Shown: positions 48,601 through 62,667 of the stretch, piece by piece
Numbering within the stretch: position 1 is the stretch's first letter
Layout: the number at the start of each line of letters is the position of its first letter
Origin: Phoronis australis
Taxonomy: Eukaryota > Animalia > Phoronida
Length of the DNA stretch: 64,000 nucleotides
Assembly: GCA_002633005.1 (NCBI GenBank)
Contig: NMRA01000465.1
Span: 17,941 to 81,940 of the forward strand
Reading direction: 5' to 3'
Position numbers and translations under genes: made by a program
The notes under the pieces: generated by a model
Databases searched by the model: none
Seen by the model: the letters and a program-made list of their open reading frames with translations, nothing else
What the model was told of the DNA's origin: nothing

Positions 48601-51600
48601 GAAACATGATAACGTAAAAACAAAATAAAATTGCCACGAGGGGGAACAACAGCAGTTACAACCATCCGAAAGTAGTTGCCATCCATTCATACACACGCAC
48701 ACAGGCACGCGTATACACACATAGGAACACACCCACAGATTTCTCACAGATCCTGCAAGGGATGAGCAGGATCAAGCTAAAATCTCAACAGGACTTGCAA
48801 CAAGTGGAATCCAGTGAGGGTAACAGTGATATTGAAATTTGCATGCTTTTGGAGTTGTATTGTGCAGTGCCATGTGACGCCGTTTTACCTAATCATGCTA
48901 TAGGTAAAAAATGTGACTCCTTGAGGCCCAAAAAGAGATGACAATAACATGCAACCACATTGTGTATATACATAGGCACATCTAAATGCCCAGTTTTGGT
49001 CATTACAGGCAATAGGATTACATAAAACCAGAACAACGGTGATATGTAGTTCTGGAGAAACATGGCTGGCACACTCATGAATGCAGTTCCTCACTCAAAC
49101 ATGGCTACCCATCTGACATTCACCAAGCACTGACTCAACAGCCTCGTGCCATTCTCACAGACATAGCTCTCATACTCTGTACCATGTTGGATGGTCAGTG
49201 AGCCGTGTTTGTGAGACAGGAGACGTGTATTTGGTGTATAGGCTGTGCTGGGCAGGTCTGCCATCACATTTGATGGTGGGTGAGCCACATTTGTGTGTCA
49301 ATGAATACGGTTTACTTGCCCTGTGAGCCACCTTATTTTATGAATGAGTGACTATGTTCATGAGGAAAAGCCATGTCATTTACACTGCTTGAGTTAACAT
49401 TCAAACACTGTCAGGGTCATTACCTGTAGATCACTGATCTTACCTGCATTATGTCTGGGTCAATATAGTCAGCTATATTACGGCCTTGCCAGATTTCTGG
49501 GATCACATCATATTTCTCGTCGGGATTACTCAAGTCATAGTTCTCTGTAATAAAGATCAGTGATTCAATGTTTTAGTATGGAAGCAGCATTTATCGTAAC
49601 AAGATCTTCTCATACTCACTAAAATTGATTGTTGAAGAAAATAGAGACTGGGAATAATAAGATGAAAGCATTTATCCGACACTAATTACAATGAGGCTAT
49701 GAAATATGAGCATTACTAATTACAATGAGGCCATGAAATATACGCGTTACTAATTACAATGAGGCCATGAAATCTTCGCATTGTTGAGTGGTCAGGTGCG
49801 AAGAAACTTCTTTAACTTCCATTATATCAAACATGCATTTGATATAGAATGCCAAAATAAACACTTGTTTGATACCCAAATTTAGATGATCAACAAAATC
49901 AGTTCTCATCACTACATAAGTAAACCCACATGCATTTGTGAGTACTACGGGAGGCAACACAGTGTAAAATCACACATAGTAAAACTGTACGCATACTAGA
50001 AATGAGATTACTTTTTAGTAGCACATTTCGTAAAACTCACAAGCAAAGAAAACTTTTAACGGGTATCTGAGATAATCATTCAAACTGCATCGTAGGTAGA
50101 CTTCTATCGTATTTAGTGGTTTTTAGCTTCAGCGCAATCGGATGGCATGTGCCTCAAGAATGTTTCACACAAAAGATTTGCTAATCTACGTAGTTATTCC
50201 ATGCATCTTGAGGATGGCTCTCGATCCAATGGTGGTTGCTTAATCGTATCCGCACCAAAATCCACATTGCAGTGGACCTGTGCTTTCTATTCTGGTGCGC
50301 TCTGAAGGGTTAAGTGTTGTCATATTATTTACAAGTCACCAAATCGGTGATGTCCCCGGATGTTTACGAGCTGACCATTCCACAACGCATTTGAAAAATT
50401 AAAGCAGTGCCGTAGACGAAATACCCCGAATTATTGGCTTTGACACCAGGGAAAGCAATGCCAAAATGCCTCTTGGTAGGTCTTAAATGACAGAAAAATT
50501 TACTTCTGCGCGTATAAGTTCAGACTACAATCAATTCGTAATAACCAGAGCAGATAAATCAGTCGTCTCTCAAAGCCGCTATAATTAAGTGTTGTTATAT
50601 CAAGCACAACTTAAAACTTCAAGTCAAAGCAACAGTTCCATTGATAAACTGTGGAAAGGCTTGGAACAAAGGTTAGAAAGGCAGCAACGAAATTCAATCT
50701 TGGAGAAAAATATCAATTAAGGTGATGTCCAGTTAAACTAGATAGGGTTTGTTCAATTTTACCTAGTACGTGTTGTGCCTTATCCAGATCATAGGTTTAC
50801 AAAATCGTGTGTGCTAATAATTCCACTAGAAAAGACAACAGATTTCAAAAAAGTGTCATTTCTACAGAAGAATGTCCAATGGCCCCTGTTTTGGAAATAT
50901 TCCAAGTCTCTGCCACAGGAACTTGTTTAGGAGAGGGTATACACAGGTACACCTTTAGAGGAGGGCATACATTCAGTCAGTAATCTTTACAACCTTTACT
51001 GTGCTGTTTTATTATTAAGTTGGGAGTTATGACAACTCCTCTGATGGTAGCACCCCTCCTCTGACGGTAGCAATCCTCCTCTGATGGTGCCCAGGACCAG
51101 CTGTCCTTCCCTCCACTTCCTACACTACACCACTGAAGAAGTTGTTTTTGACAAAAACGAAATGCAATGACAACTGAGACAGAACCTCTGCTAATATTCC
51201 AATGATGTAAGAGGATAAAAAACGTCCATTAACTTACTTTTTAAATCAACAACATAGTCATCACCAAGCTCCAGTTCAATGTCCCTTTCCTGAAAAACAC
51301 AAATGAAGAAACTGTAATGTGAACAACAACCCGACTTGTGTAAACAATGCTTGTCCATGAAGAACAAAGGCTTACAGCACAAGACACACCATAATTACAG
51401 GCTCTTGTTAATTAATTAAAATGCAATGCACAACTATATCTAGAAATCATGCAAAATCTTAGATGACTAGTTATCAACTTGAAATATAAAGTAGTCGGGT
51501 CAAGGACCAAACGTTGACCAATATACTACCCTGTGTTCCATATAAGACATGCAAGACAAGCAAAGCAGTCCTGATAGCGTACCCCTATGATCTTTTTCAA

Positions 51601-54600
51601 ATCTTGTTTCAGAAAGAGTTCAAAAGGTACACCAATTTACAAAATTTTACATGTTTCCATGTATGCTGATGGGAGACCTCTGGAAGATTTTTAAGCCACT
51701 CGTCTCCAAAACCACCAAAATCGAATGACCTTTAAGCACATCACAAGGTCACGACCTCTGTGTTGCCCTTGACAACTCACCAGCTTCCTTTTCTCACTGG
51801 TCTCCATTGCTTGCCTCTTTTTCAACACAGCTTCTGGGATAAACGCAGGTCTCTCCTGAAACCCAACAAAGTAAAGTATCCATTTCCAGTAATATTATCC
51901 GCATGTAAGGATGAAACTCCTGCCTTTGAGGCCCCTCATCACTAAATCTACTTACACATATGCACATGTCCAACATAATTAAAACAAAAAGTTGAGATCT
52001 AGAAGTTTTTAATAAACCCTCTCGTCAAGACGACATCTTTTATGAACAAGGCAGTCAAAGACAGCAATATTCCCTGCTGGATGTTTTGCAGCACTTGCAC
52101 ACAAAAGAACACTCCCCACCATTCATGCATGGCAATCAAGAAGTTGCCAAAACTCACGGAAATATACCAAATCGCAAAACATTGACCATGTGCACTAGAT
52201 TACTTCATAATCACACTCCCCTGAAGTTTGGCTGAAATCTGGCTAGAAATGGAGGAGCTCCAGACAGAAGACTGTTTCCCTACTCGCATGTGTGAAAATA
52301 AAGAACAGGACAAAATTTAAGAAATAACAGTAGAATCGCAAAACGCCTATGACACGCACAGTGGTAATTCATTAGTATAACTTTTCAGAAGTTTGATCAA
52401 CATATGCTAGGACATGTGGAGGTTGTCCACTGAACATTTCCCTGCACGGACGAGCGGAAACACGGACTGAAGCCTACCACTACTGCATTCCCTTTGCCTT
52501 CAGTGGGGGATAAAAAGGATGAAGACAAATAAAATTTCGCATCAAAATCATCAATTTTGCCTGAATTCTGCGTCAAATTTCCATAATCAGCAATCAGACT
52601 TGAAGAGGTACTGGAATAGAAATTTCTCGTTCGAAATAGAAGAAATCCGATATTACAACCGTGGCCACAGTTCACAAGAGATTTGGGAAGGGCGCTATGG
52701 TATGAGTGAACTTGGGAAACATTAAGTCAATATTTTGATGCCATGTTTGTGATTTCAGAAATATCACGTGACTGAGTGACAGCAGAACCTCAGCCATACT
52801 CAGTTAGTTGTCACAGACCGCAGCATTTGATTGGTCAGAATCAAGGACATGCTTGTGTTGACTAGCGAATACATTTATACAATTAAAAACTTCCACTACT
52901 GTTGGATGGGCAGTGTCTAAAACTGGAATCTGCGAGGAACTAGATGTAAACAAACTTCTCACAAAAATATCCGTCACTGATTTTTTTAGCATCAATAAAT
53001 TGGTTTTCATAACATGGTACAAAACACAAGTGAGAGTAATGTAAATATTGAACTTCCAAGTACAACACAATAATAGCCAATTATCGTATACATTCAGGTT
53101 TACATCGGAGGCTTATCAATCGACTAACTCAAAAAATAAGAGCAGTGTAATAAACCATACGCGAAATGCAAGACTAAATTGAAAAGTTTTCATAATTGGG
53201 GTAGGACGTTAAATCAAATAAAGGACTGGTGTTAACTGAAGGAATATGGAGTAGTAAACCATATTCATAGCTAAATGTAACAATCTCGTTCACTGACCGT
53301 GTTTTCATAATCAATTCTGAGGTTTAATTATCCAGCAGCCAGTTGATAGCTGAGGAACACAACTTCAGTAATATTGGCCAACCTTGCACTGTGCGCTCCT
53401 AACCTTGAGTTATGGACTCTTTTAAACGGGCTACAATTACAGAGCAACCGCTATTCAACCTCAGTCACTTCAGTGACGTACCTTTGTGTCACGCTGCTGC
53501 GGCACCGCCAGGTGGAGCCGGTTCACAACATCGTTCACTTTCCGTGTCTTCATCTTCTGGTCAATCCTGTGAACCAGCAGGCGATCACATGCCTCATTCC
53601 TCACTTCAACCACGCCTTTTTCTGTCAACGTACTCATGGATAGCACCGTAACTCCTTCTTCTTCTAGGTCAGAAAATATTTTCTAAAAGAACAAAAGCAG
53701 TTACAGGGCTCATAAAGCTTCTACAGAGTATACCACGAGTGAGAAAACACGGCATTTGTTCCGTTTAACAGTGCCACCCACCCTCAACACTACACACCTG
53801 GTCAATAACAGCTACTTACCTGGATTCATTCAAGCTAGATCAAGCATAGTACATTGCCTTATTAGATATTTCAAGCTTCAATTCCCTTTTTTACTAACCA
53901 TTACTCTGTTAGCTTGAGGAACACGAAATCAGTGGACGTGCAAATCAGACTTTTCAAAAAATCTACAGAAAACTCTAAATCCATGAACTCTAGGTAACCA
54001 TTGCTGCACAAACTCGAATAAGATTGCTGGTTTGTAACAAGATTCCAGCTATCTTTAGTGAATTCTGTCAGCAAAACAAAACATTTTTTCTCGATTTTTG
54101 ATTGATATGAATGTACCCGTGTGGTTCACTGGTGTGGTACACTCGTCTGGTACACCAGTTTGGCACACTCCAGTGGTACACTCGTGTGGTACACCAGCGT
54201 AGCACACTTGTACAGAACACTCATGTGGTACACTTGCATGGTACACTTTTGTGAAACACTTGTGTGGTACACTCAAGTGATATAAAGAACAATGTCCATA
54301 ATGCTGCTGTAGTAATGTTACATGTGGTTTCTTTGGAGTCCTCAACGAAATGGGGACAAAAAGCTGTGAGAAAATGACAGACAAGCTTGAAGTATATTGG
54401 CCAAGCTATACAAGGTAGATCCAGTACAGATTATTCAAGGTCCACTAGATTCACACACGTACCTTGTTCTCTTCACTCAGTTCATCCAGAGTTAACACAT
54501 CAATCTTGTTGGCACACACCAACAATGGCTTGTTAGCAAACAACGGCTTGATGTTATTGAAGAGCTCCAACTGGCAAAAACAACACAATAACCACACTTT

Positions 54601-57600
54601 AGACCCTTGTATTACTGACTCTACTATAATGATTATTTTTACAATTTTTATACTGTTTATTACAATTATTATTATTGCAACATTATTCAAATAGTACAGC
54701 ACATGTCTCTTATGACATCAATTATATAAGGGAGTGTATGCAAAATAAGTTACACGCAATGGGCCCTCAATTATTTCAATATTCAAGAGCAGCCACTCCA
54801 AAGTTATTAACAACAGCAACAGAATGCCTGCAATCTTCCAATGTGTCCAGCACAACTAGACAGTTCCCACATATCTATCACAACACTACAGTTCTTGTAC
54901 TACATATAATGACCCAGAATTCCCCGTGATGACGTGTCAGGACGGGAAAATGTCATTTTGTCCAATTCTTTTTGATGTGCACTGTACGAGTCTTGTCATG
55001 TAGGACCATATTGACAAGACTGTACATTTAGCAAAATATCTATAAAAATACTGAAATTAAGTCAGCAAAAATACATATTTTCTTAAAGCAGAAATTCTGT
55101 AGAAATTGATTTTAGATTTTATACCAATCTGCCATCAATTAGGTCTCATGGCCATGATTTATTACTAAAATTTATTTTATAAGAGAGGTACATTCATAGC
55201 AAAACAACAGAATATTTAACATGAGCAAGTTTCGTACGACACAAATGCTCAAGACAAAATCTCAATTCGCTGTTACCATTTTCTAAATTATCCTTTCTTT
55301 TTCATTTAATGCAACTATAAATTTTTTCACAAAAACCATTTCAAGTCTTATTTTTGACAGCCCCTCACGCAAAAGTAGAACACTTTAAGACCAAGTCCTT
55401 ACAGTGTGTAGAGCAACTCATCACAGTGTGTAAAGCATGGTAACTGAAAGTTTCAAGTGGATCTAACCAGACGGAGTGACATGATGTTCCAAAGTTTGCC
55501 ATTTTTCTAGGGTCCTCCATAACCTTAAAGAAGTGATGCAGTACCTGTTGTGGCAGGGTGTGTCCACACTGCTCTGAGATGTCCATCACATACAGCACTG
55601 CGGCCCGTATGTGTGCCAGCGCTGTGATAGCCTGCATCTCTATGGTGTTCCTCTCCTCCAGACTATGGTCCAGTATGCCGGGTGTGTCTATCACCTGCCA
55701 TCGCAGGTACCTGTAGTCTGTGTGACCCACATAGAGTGATTTGGTGGTGAAGGCATAGGGCTGTACCTCAACATCAGCCCTGGTGATCTGTGTTGGAGGC
55801 AGAACGTGTGATACATCATCAAGTCTTACAGTAAGCTTGACTGTGTTGGCAACGCAACATATTAAGGGCTGAAACATGAACTGATTTGCTTACATCTAAT
55901 TGAGCCAGACTGACTTTAGACCTTAAGAGAAAAGTTTCGAATTTTCAGGAGACCAGATAACTGTGGGTTGCTTATTTACAGCTGTCATTTTTGCTCACTT
56001 TCAGCGATAAACATACATCACTGCAAATAGCCAGCCAGCTAGCTAGCCAGCCAGCCAGCTAGCTAGCTTTATGAAGACTAGCGCAGATTTCAAGTTGTCC
56101 AGGTGTGTTCATTACATTAACATGAAATTTGTTTTAACATAGAGAGCCACTGATTGGAAAGGATGCACGCAGTCAACCCATATTCAACCTGATCCATAAC
56201 AGCCATTTCAGTAAAATAACAATCATTTTCTTGCATCAGTTTCTGGCTACCAATGAAACATCTGTCGTAGAACTAAAAACAGTATGCTCGTGACATGCTT
56301 ACTAGCCATTTGCTAATTATTGCGACATCTTTTGGAATATGACAATTTCACCAAAGCAAAATTTGGCCAGAAATTTGCAATGACATGGCAAGACATAAGA
56401 GTTTGAGAAAGAATAGCAGAGCAGAGACTCCTCCAACCTCTCCAACTGATTACAGCCGACATAAAGTGCAACAATAAGTTGTACGTATCTCTACTTACAG
56501 TACTTGTGTAGCGAGACTAAGCATACCTTGTTGATGAAGCTTGACTTGCCAACATTAGGGAAACCACAGATGAGAAGTGTGCGTGTGTTAGGGTCAATAG
56601 AGGGCAGTCTTGACAAGTGTTGTCTGACCTGCTCCAGGTAAGATAGACTCTGATTCTGCTTCTTCATGATGGTGCACATTCTGTACAACAGAGGGCAGTG
56701 TTAACACAAATATACAGGCACGATATCAAGCGACAGTAAAACACATGCAAGGTGATAACTGTACAAGTGCACACATTCTGGGTCTAGAATATTGTTTACT
56801 TCATAACACATGCCTCATGGCCATTTAAGTCCCACAAAGTAATAAGCAGGTCAAGCAAAAGTAGCAAACTTCAAACTGGAATAAATTAAATTAGTGAATT
56901 AAAAAAGAATCTCCCAGTTGAAGCCCTCAGTGAACTCCATTTTGTCATGGTGGGCACTGCAGGTGATTTTAAGGACCCATAGTACTTCACACGATAGATG
57001 TGCACTAATCTAACACAATGTTTACAAACAAAATTGTCTCCAAAAGGTGCTTCTTTCAAATTCCTTGCCAGTTATCAAGTACAGTGTTGTAAGTAATTAA
57101 CTGGCATTTAATCAAATGAACAATACCAGTTGAGAACATCTGCTGCGCTGATTACCATAACACTCGGGTTTCATTCAGAGGTCGCCAACCATAATTTGAC
57201 AATGTACTGGAAGTTGAACATGCCAAAATACAATACAACAGGGCCTAATGTTAGCACTCCTCCTCCTTCCATGGGATCCATTGTACAGCAAGTACCCCCC
57301 CCTCCCCCTCCTCCCATGGTAATCCCNCCCCCCCCTCCCAAAGGATGACTCCACACCATGTAACATGCAGTTTACCTGCCCAGGGCGGCTGTCTTCAGGT
57401 TCTTACACCTGTACAGTGAGTCACCGTATTTCATCAGGCGGACATAGTCCTTGGCCACACTGTGAATAGAACAGATAATGAAGACAGTGGTACAGACTCA
57501 CAAACTCGGAAGACATTATTGTACTCTGATAATGGCAACACACCCAAACTTCTTGATTGAAACAATTATATTAGTCATGATAACCGGAGGACACAGAGGC

Positions 57601-60600
57601 TGGCACAACTCATAGTGTATTTTCGTAGACAAGAGCACATAAATAAACAAGGAAATTAAATGTTCATTAATGAATTGACTTAAAAAATTGAATCACAACA
57701 AAAAAGCAAATTGAATCGAATCAAAAAAAAAATTAATTGTTATAGCCCATTTCATCAGACATCAAAGACCTCTGATGAGGTTCCTATATTCCGCATTATG
57801 TTTTAGTTGAATTAAATGGACTACAGAAGCATCAGCAATGTTATCAAACAAGCTTGGTGCTGAAGAGAATTGAAAGACAAGATTTACATGCCAGCGACAT
57901 GCTAGCATAAGGCAAACAAAATCAAACATAGTGCAATATCAGACAAGGACTGATAGTGTCACCCACACACATCATGCTATATTTATCATTACCACTCAAC
58001 AGGGCATTAGGGTGTAGTTTTACAACTGCGAAATCCCAACTACTGCAGAATTAGGCAGATAAAATCTCTTGACTGTCGTGTGAAAATGAAGCCTTTGAGC
58101 ATGCTTCAGGCCAATTAATGGGCGCACAAAAACTGTTAGTGAACAAGTTGTTACCAGTTTTAAATACAAAAAGTTGTTTTTCTGTGCAGCTCTACATAAC
58201 GGGTAACAAACTGGTAACATGCACTGGTGATAGTAAACTAGCAAAAAAGTTTAGTCAAGTAATTATGAGCGCATCAGTCTAAAAATAATTTATAGGAATT
58301 ATCCCAGTAACTAGTAATTATGTGAAAATTCTCAGAGACTTTGGATTTTATCACGAGTGAGATTTAATTATTTTTCAAAAACAACCATGTGGAGTGAAAG
58401 ACCAAATTTCAGTCTCAAGTCTTAAATCAATTTTCATGAAACAGACCCCCTGGTGACGGATGAGTGTCACATATTAACATGAAGGCTACCAACAAAAATA
58501 ACACCTAATAATATTCTTGGTTAGACTGATGCTATAGTACAGGACAAAAGTACGTATAAATATGTCAATCTCAATATGGCGTAGAAAATACGTTGCAAAC
58601 ATTTTGTCCCGTCTGCACGCCGTCTTTTGGCCACATCACATGACATAATGAATATAAGTCTGAAAAGATTTCTGCCCCTGACCAGGACTTGAACCCAGGA
58701 CCTCCTGCTAACCGTGTAAAATGTTTGCAACAGGACAAAAAAATCAGACAAATACAGTTTACCCCTCCATAACAGCTAATTCGGTTAACGGCAAATTAAA
58801 ACGATTTGTAATGACTAGAATGGGGGCAAAATTATAATTACAGAATGGCTGAGCCACCTCACATACGTTGTTCTTAACCACCCTCACTTTGGGTTACGAG
58901 GGAAAACAACTTTGAAGATGAATTTTGCTTCTGCCCAGTCATCATGATGGCGAATTCTGGTTTATTTTGTCTGAACTGTTTGGTGTATACTGTACCAAGA
59001 GTGACTTGCAAAAAGTGGCTGAACTCACTACCGCCATCTTGGTTCTTCACATTGAAAGCAAACTGCTTTTTACACCATTGTTTTAAATTCCAACTAACTT
59101 GTCAATCAGGTGTCTTGCTGTGTTCATCTGACCCAGGGCTAACTTATAATGGTCCTTGTCGTACAACACATTGAGAAGATCTGCGTAGAACGGGTGGATA
59201 TCCTGCAATGATAGACAAACATGTCACCACCACGAGAGGATATTCTGCAATAATATTTAGACACATCACATTCATAGCCGACCAATATCTTGTAATATCA
59301 GCCAACCACGCCACATTGAGAGGAAAATGGAGGCCAAGGGTCCCAGCATGAGCACAGTCTGAAACTAAGCGCCATAAGAAATAGGATGAAGGAGGGGGAA
59401 CTAGTCTCACACAGGACATTTGATGGTCTCCCTCAAGAACATTCAAAACATAAGACTTAATTTCGTGACTCTTGTACATTATAGGAGTTCTTCATATTCA
59501 AAGCACATCAGCTGGATTGGCGTCATCGCAGCCCATTCATTCACAAAGATGTCGTAGCTTGATTGATACACTGGAACAATTCATTCGTTAATCACGTACA
59601 ATATAATTCACATTATTGAACAATCTTTTTGCAAATTTGAACACAAATAAAATGATTACAAATGTTCTCAGTTCACCAGAGACACCTGGTGTTATGTCAT
59701 TTTAGTAAACCAGCGCCGTTCAAGGCCAATGTCAAGGTCCTCGTTGCCTGTTCCTCCAACTGCATTCAATTGCATAGCACGACATCCAGACAGGGAAAGG
59801 AAATATCACTGAAGAATCCACCCTCATTTTAAATATCACAATAATAAATAAATAAATAAATAAATAAAATAAATGACTTTTGTGGGGAACATTCAAAATA
59901 TGATTATTATTGACCATCACATTCAATATACCACCAAAACTGAATTTGAGTGCTTTATCTTTGCTGATTTTTCAGTTAATTTGCAGATTTTCACACATCA
60001 AGAACAAACATGAACAGTTCAAACTTCTCAGCATGCTAGCCCACTGAAACCGTGTTTAGCTGGTACTTTTCCTAGTATTTACTTACCTTTGGAGTGACAT
60101 ACCCTGCATCACATTGATTATAAGCAACTTTTCAGACTGAAAGTTACGCTCTCTACTGTAGAAGTCCTCGTAAATGAACTCCACTACCTCCCACAGGAAT
60201 TTTTCATAACCAAAAAGGCTTAGTAGAAGACACTGATACATATTTGTACAATACACTCAGTCAACAAGGTACCTCAAGCTTTGGAAAATCCGTAAGAATC
60301 TGTGAAAGTTTGTCGTGGTAATTTTGCTGTGTATACTTGATCTTGCGCATGTAAAATCCACGTATTCTGGATATCTTGTAGTGCCTGTGTACCACTGTCG
60401 GAGTCTTACGCTGGGTTTTAGACAGAACAATGTCGATGAAGTCCTGTAAGAGATTAGACGACCGTGACAATATATTACTACTGGCAGATGGTCTAACAGC
60501 AAGAACTCTTAAAATAAGCTTGGAAATATGTTTTCATCGGTGCTCGACAAAGGGGAGAATGCCCACTCAAGAATATGAGTGACTCAGCATTGTCGGCAAA

Positions 60601-62162
60601 GGATATGATGTCATATACCCAGGCAGAAACAGTGTAAAAATGGTCAGTTGCCAATTTTTGGAACTGAACATCATAAGGACTACTAAAAAAAGGTTGATTA
60701 CAGGACTATTTCTCAAAGATAGTGCCAACGCCGTTACTTCGCAGTAGAGACGTAGATGCTCCCATAGGAGGCTGTCAATGTCTTTAATTCGTTCCAATTA
60801 GAACAAATACTCCCGTTATCAAGCTTTTTCTTCAAGCAGCTCTTCGCTCAGTTCCCAAAATTGGCAACTGGCCATTTTTACACTGCGCACACCAGAGGAT
60901 ATGACGTCATAACATCTGGCGGAGGCTGTAAAAGTGGGAGGCCGACCAGTGCAAAAATGGCCAGTTTCGATTTTAGGAACTGAACAAAGGACTGCTCAAA
61001 GAAAAACTTTGATAGCGGGAGTATTTGTTCGAGTTGGAAGGAGTTAAAGACATTGACGGCGTGCGCAGTATAAAAATGGTGAGTTCAAAATTTTGGGAAC
61101 TGAACGAGTGACTACTCGAACAAAAAGTTCGATAACGGAAGTATTTGTTCGAGTTGGAAGGAATTAAACACACCGCCAACCTCCTAAGGTGTCCCTCTAT
61201 ACGCAAAAGGTATTTATAACAACGTGACTTTCATGCTTTAGCCAGTGCGAGGCATAATTCGCCGAAAAGCTTCTGGCGTATGAAGCGCCTATAGGAGTTG
61301 CATCGCCTCTGGTCGGGCCAACAGAGGCGATGGTCATTGCCTACAATTTTTACCGCGCTCGCTAGGTGATGTGATTTCAATAGGCCAAAGGCCAGCCATT
61401 GCGGTCTTGTCAGTCAAATATTCGTTTCCAAAATGCCACCACTACTTGTCTTTAATTGGTGTTATTTGAAACTGGTGATTGTATTTCAATGAATTATTGT
61501 TTGTATTTGATAAAAATAAATGCTGTTGATATGACATTTAATAGTCTTTGTGCACCGTTGACATATTTGACATTTTAATGTTTAACAACACGGCAAATGC
61601 ACGGCTGGTTCCCGGCAGCAGGTACGCAGAGGGCGGGGACTTCAGCTTTCAAAGTTCGCCGGTAGGACCGCAACTTCTGACCTTCGACCTGGTTAAAAGA
61701 ATGAGGTCATATCTCTTGGCGTGCGCTGAGTGAAAATGGTGAGTTCACGATTTTGGGAACTGAAATAGGGACTGCTCGAAGAAAAAGTTTGATAACGGGA
61801 GTATTTGTTCGAGTTTGAAGGAACACATCGACAACCTCCTAAGGTGTTCCTCTATACGCAAAAGGTATTTATAACGTGACTTTGATGTTTTAGTCGGTGC
61901 GAGGCATAATTCGCCGAAAAGCTTCCGGCGTATGGAGCGCCTATAGGAGCTGCATCGCCTCTGATCGGGCCAACAGAGGCGATGGTCATTGCCTAGCTCG
62001 ACACTCCGACAGTCACTATGTTTAGGTCAGTTTTCCCAAATCGACGGAATCGGCCTAACGCCACCCAAATTTTAGCTGGGAATTGTAACTACGCTATTTC
62101 ATGGGAAACCATACCTTTGAGGACGGCACAACGGCTATTTTTTTAAAGTTGTAGTGAGACAT
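42697..62162 (-). CDS. GTPBP4: Nucleolar GTP-binding protein 1 (NOG1/GTPBP4), spliced. Exons: 62115-62162, 60273-60443, 59099-59202, 57376-57459, 56527-56680, 55545-55787, 54463-54570, 53482-53682, 51781-51855, 51238-51289, 49444-49544 (duplicate 46135-46235), 47844-47956 (duplicate 44046-44158), 43442-43595; last exon(s) in gap 42708-43425; probable stop 42697-42699
   Basis: [35 protein letters not shown]1 [10 protein letters not shown]2 YAFTTKS, G3 DTPG, G4 NKID, NOGCT '[22 protein letters not shown]'. All junctions are GT-AG with consistent phase. Sequence after the gap reads …RR*, like NOG1 C-termini. Confidence 0.95.
44030..51080. repeat. Tandem duplication of a 3.3-3.8 kb segment (about 44030-47820 and 47832-51080) containing two NOG1 exons
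   Basis: Colinear, highly similar copies with scattered substitutions and indels, joined at a 10-N gap (47822-47831). Confidence 0.92.
54115..54275. repeat. Degenerate minisatellite of about 20-bp GTGGTACAC-containing units in a NOG1 intron
   Basis: Repeated (GT)GGTACAC motifs at roughly regular spacing. Confidence 0.7.
60600..61995. mobile_element. Cluster of long-TIR MITE-family arms in NOG1 intron 1
   Basis: Direct repeats at about 61060-61343 and 61725-61995 match 25145-25428; 61344-61540 is the reverse complement of about 24930-25140. Confidence 0.75.
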
Positions 62163-62169
62163 CGTTCAC

Positions 62170-62300
62170 GTCTTTTATTTTCTAACTTCAACGAGCATAT
62201 CCACATGTAACTATTTCGTACGCATCGGTTATGCGCACTTCCGTATTTAGAAGTCGAGATGCGCCATCTATTGGCTGCGTTCCCGCTCCAGTGCGCTTTT
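62170..62300 (-). promoter_or_regulatory. Candidate NOG1 proximal promoter / 5' UTR
   Basis: CpG-richer stretch directly upstream of the ATG with an ETS-like site (ACTTCCG, about 62237) and a YY1-like site (CGCCATCT, about 62262). Confidence 0.45.
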
Positions 62301-62360
62301 CTCCAATATTGGGGTCATGTAGTCACCTATGAGAATAAAATGATCGTTAGAATGTAAAAG

Positions 62361-62667
62361 CAGTGGCGGATTTAGGGGGGAAAGGAGTCATGGCCCCCTA
62401 AAATTCTACCTGATACTATTTGGCAGTTCGGGTGCGAATTGCTGACTAGCATATGCGCGCATCAGGGGGGCTCGGAGGGCGAATAATGCCTTGAAAAAAT
62501 TAGGTTTACGTTTTTTTCTTTTTTAGTAATAAGGTCCCCAACCAAAAATTCGAGACCCCTGCATCACTACATTTTAGGCTGGACGCAAGCGTGTGCCGAA
62601 ATTCTGCATGGTTATTCCTGTGCCCTGCCCCCCCCNCCCCCATCTCAAGATCCTGGATCCGCCCCTG
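62361..62667. mobile_element. CAGTGGCGG...CCGCCCCTG MITE with 5-bp TSD (AAAAG), carrying an extra segment of about 145 bp (about 62450-62595)
   Basis: AAAAG|CAGTGGCGGATTTAG ... GGATCCGCCCCTG|AAAAG; the flanking parts align with 30070-30232. Confidence 0.8.
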
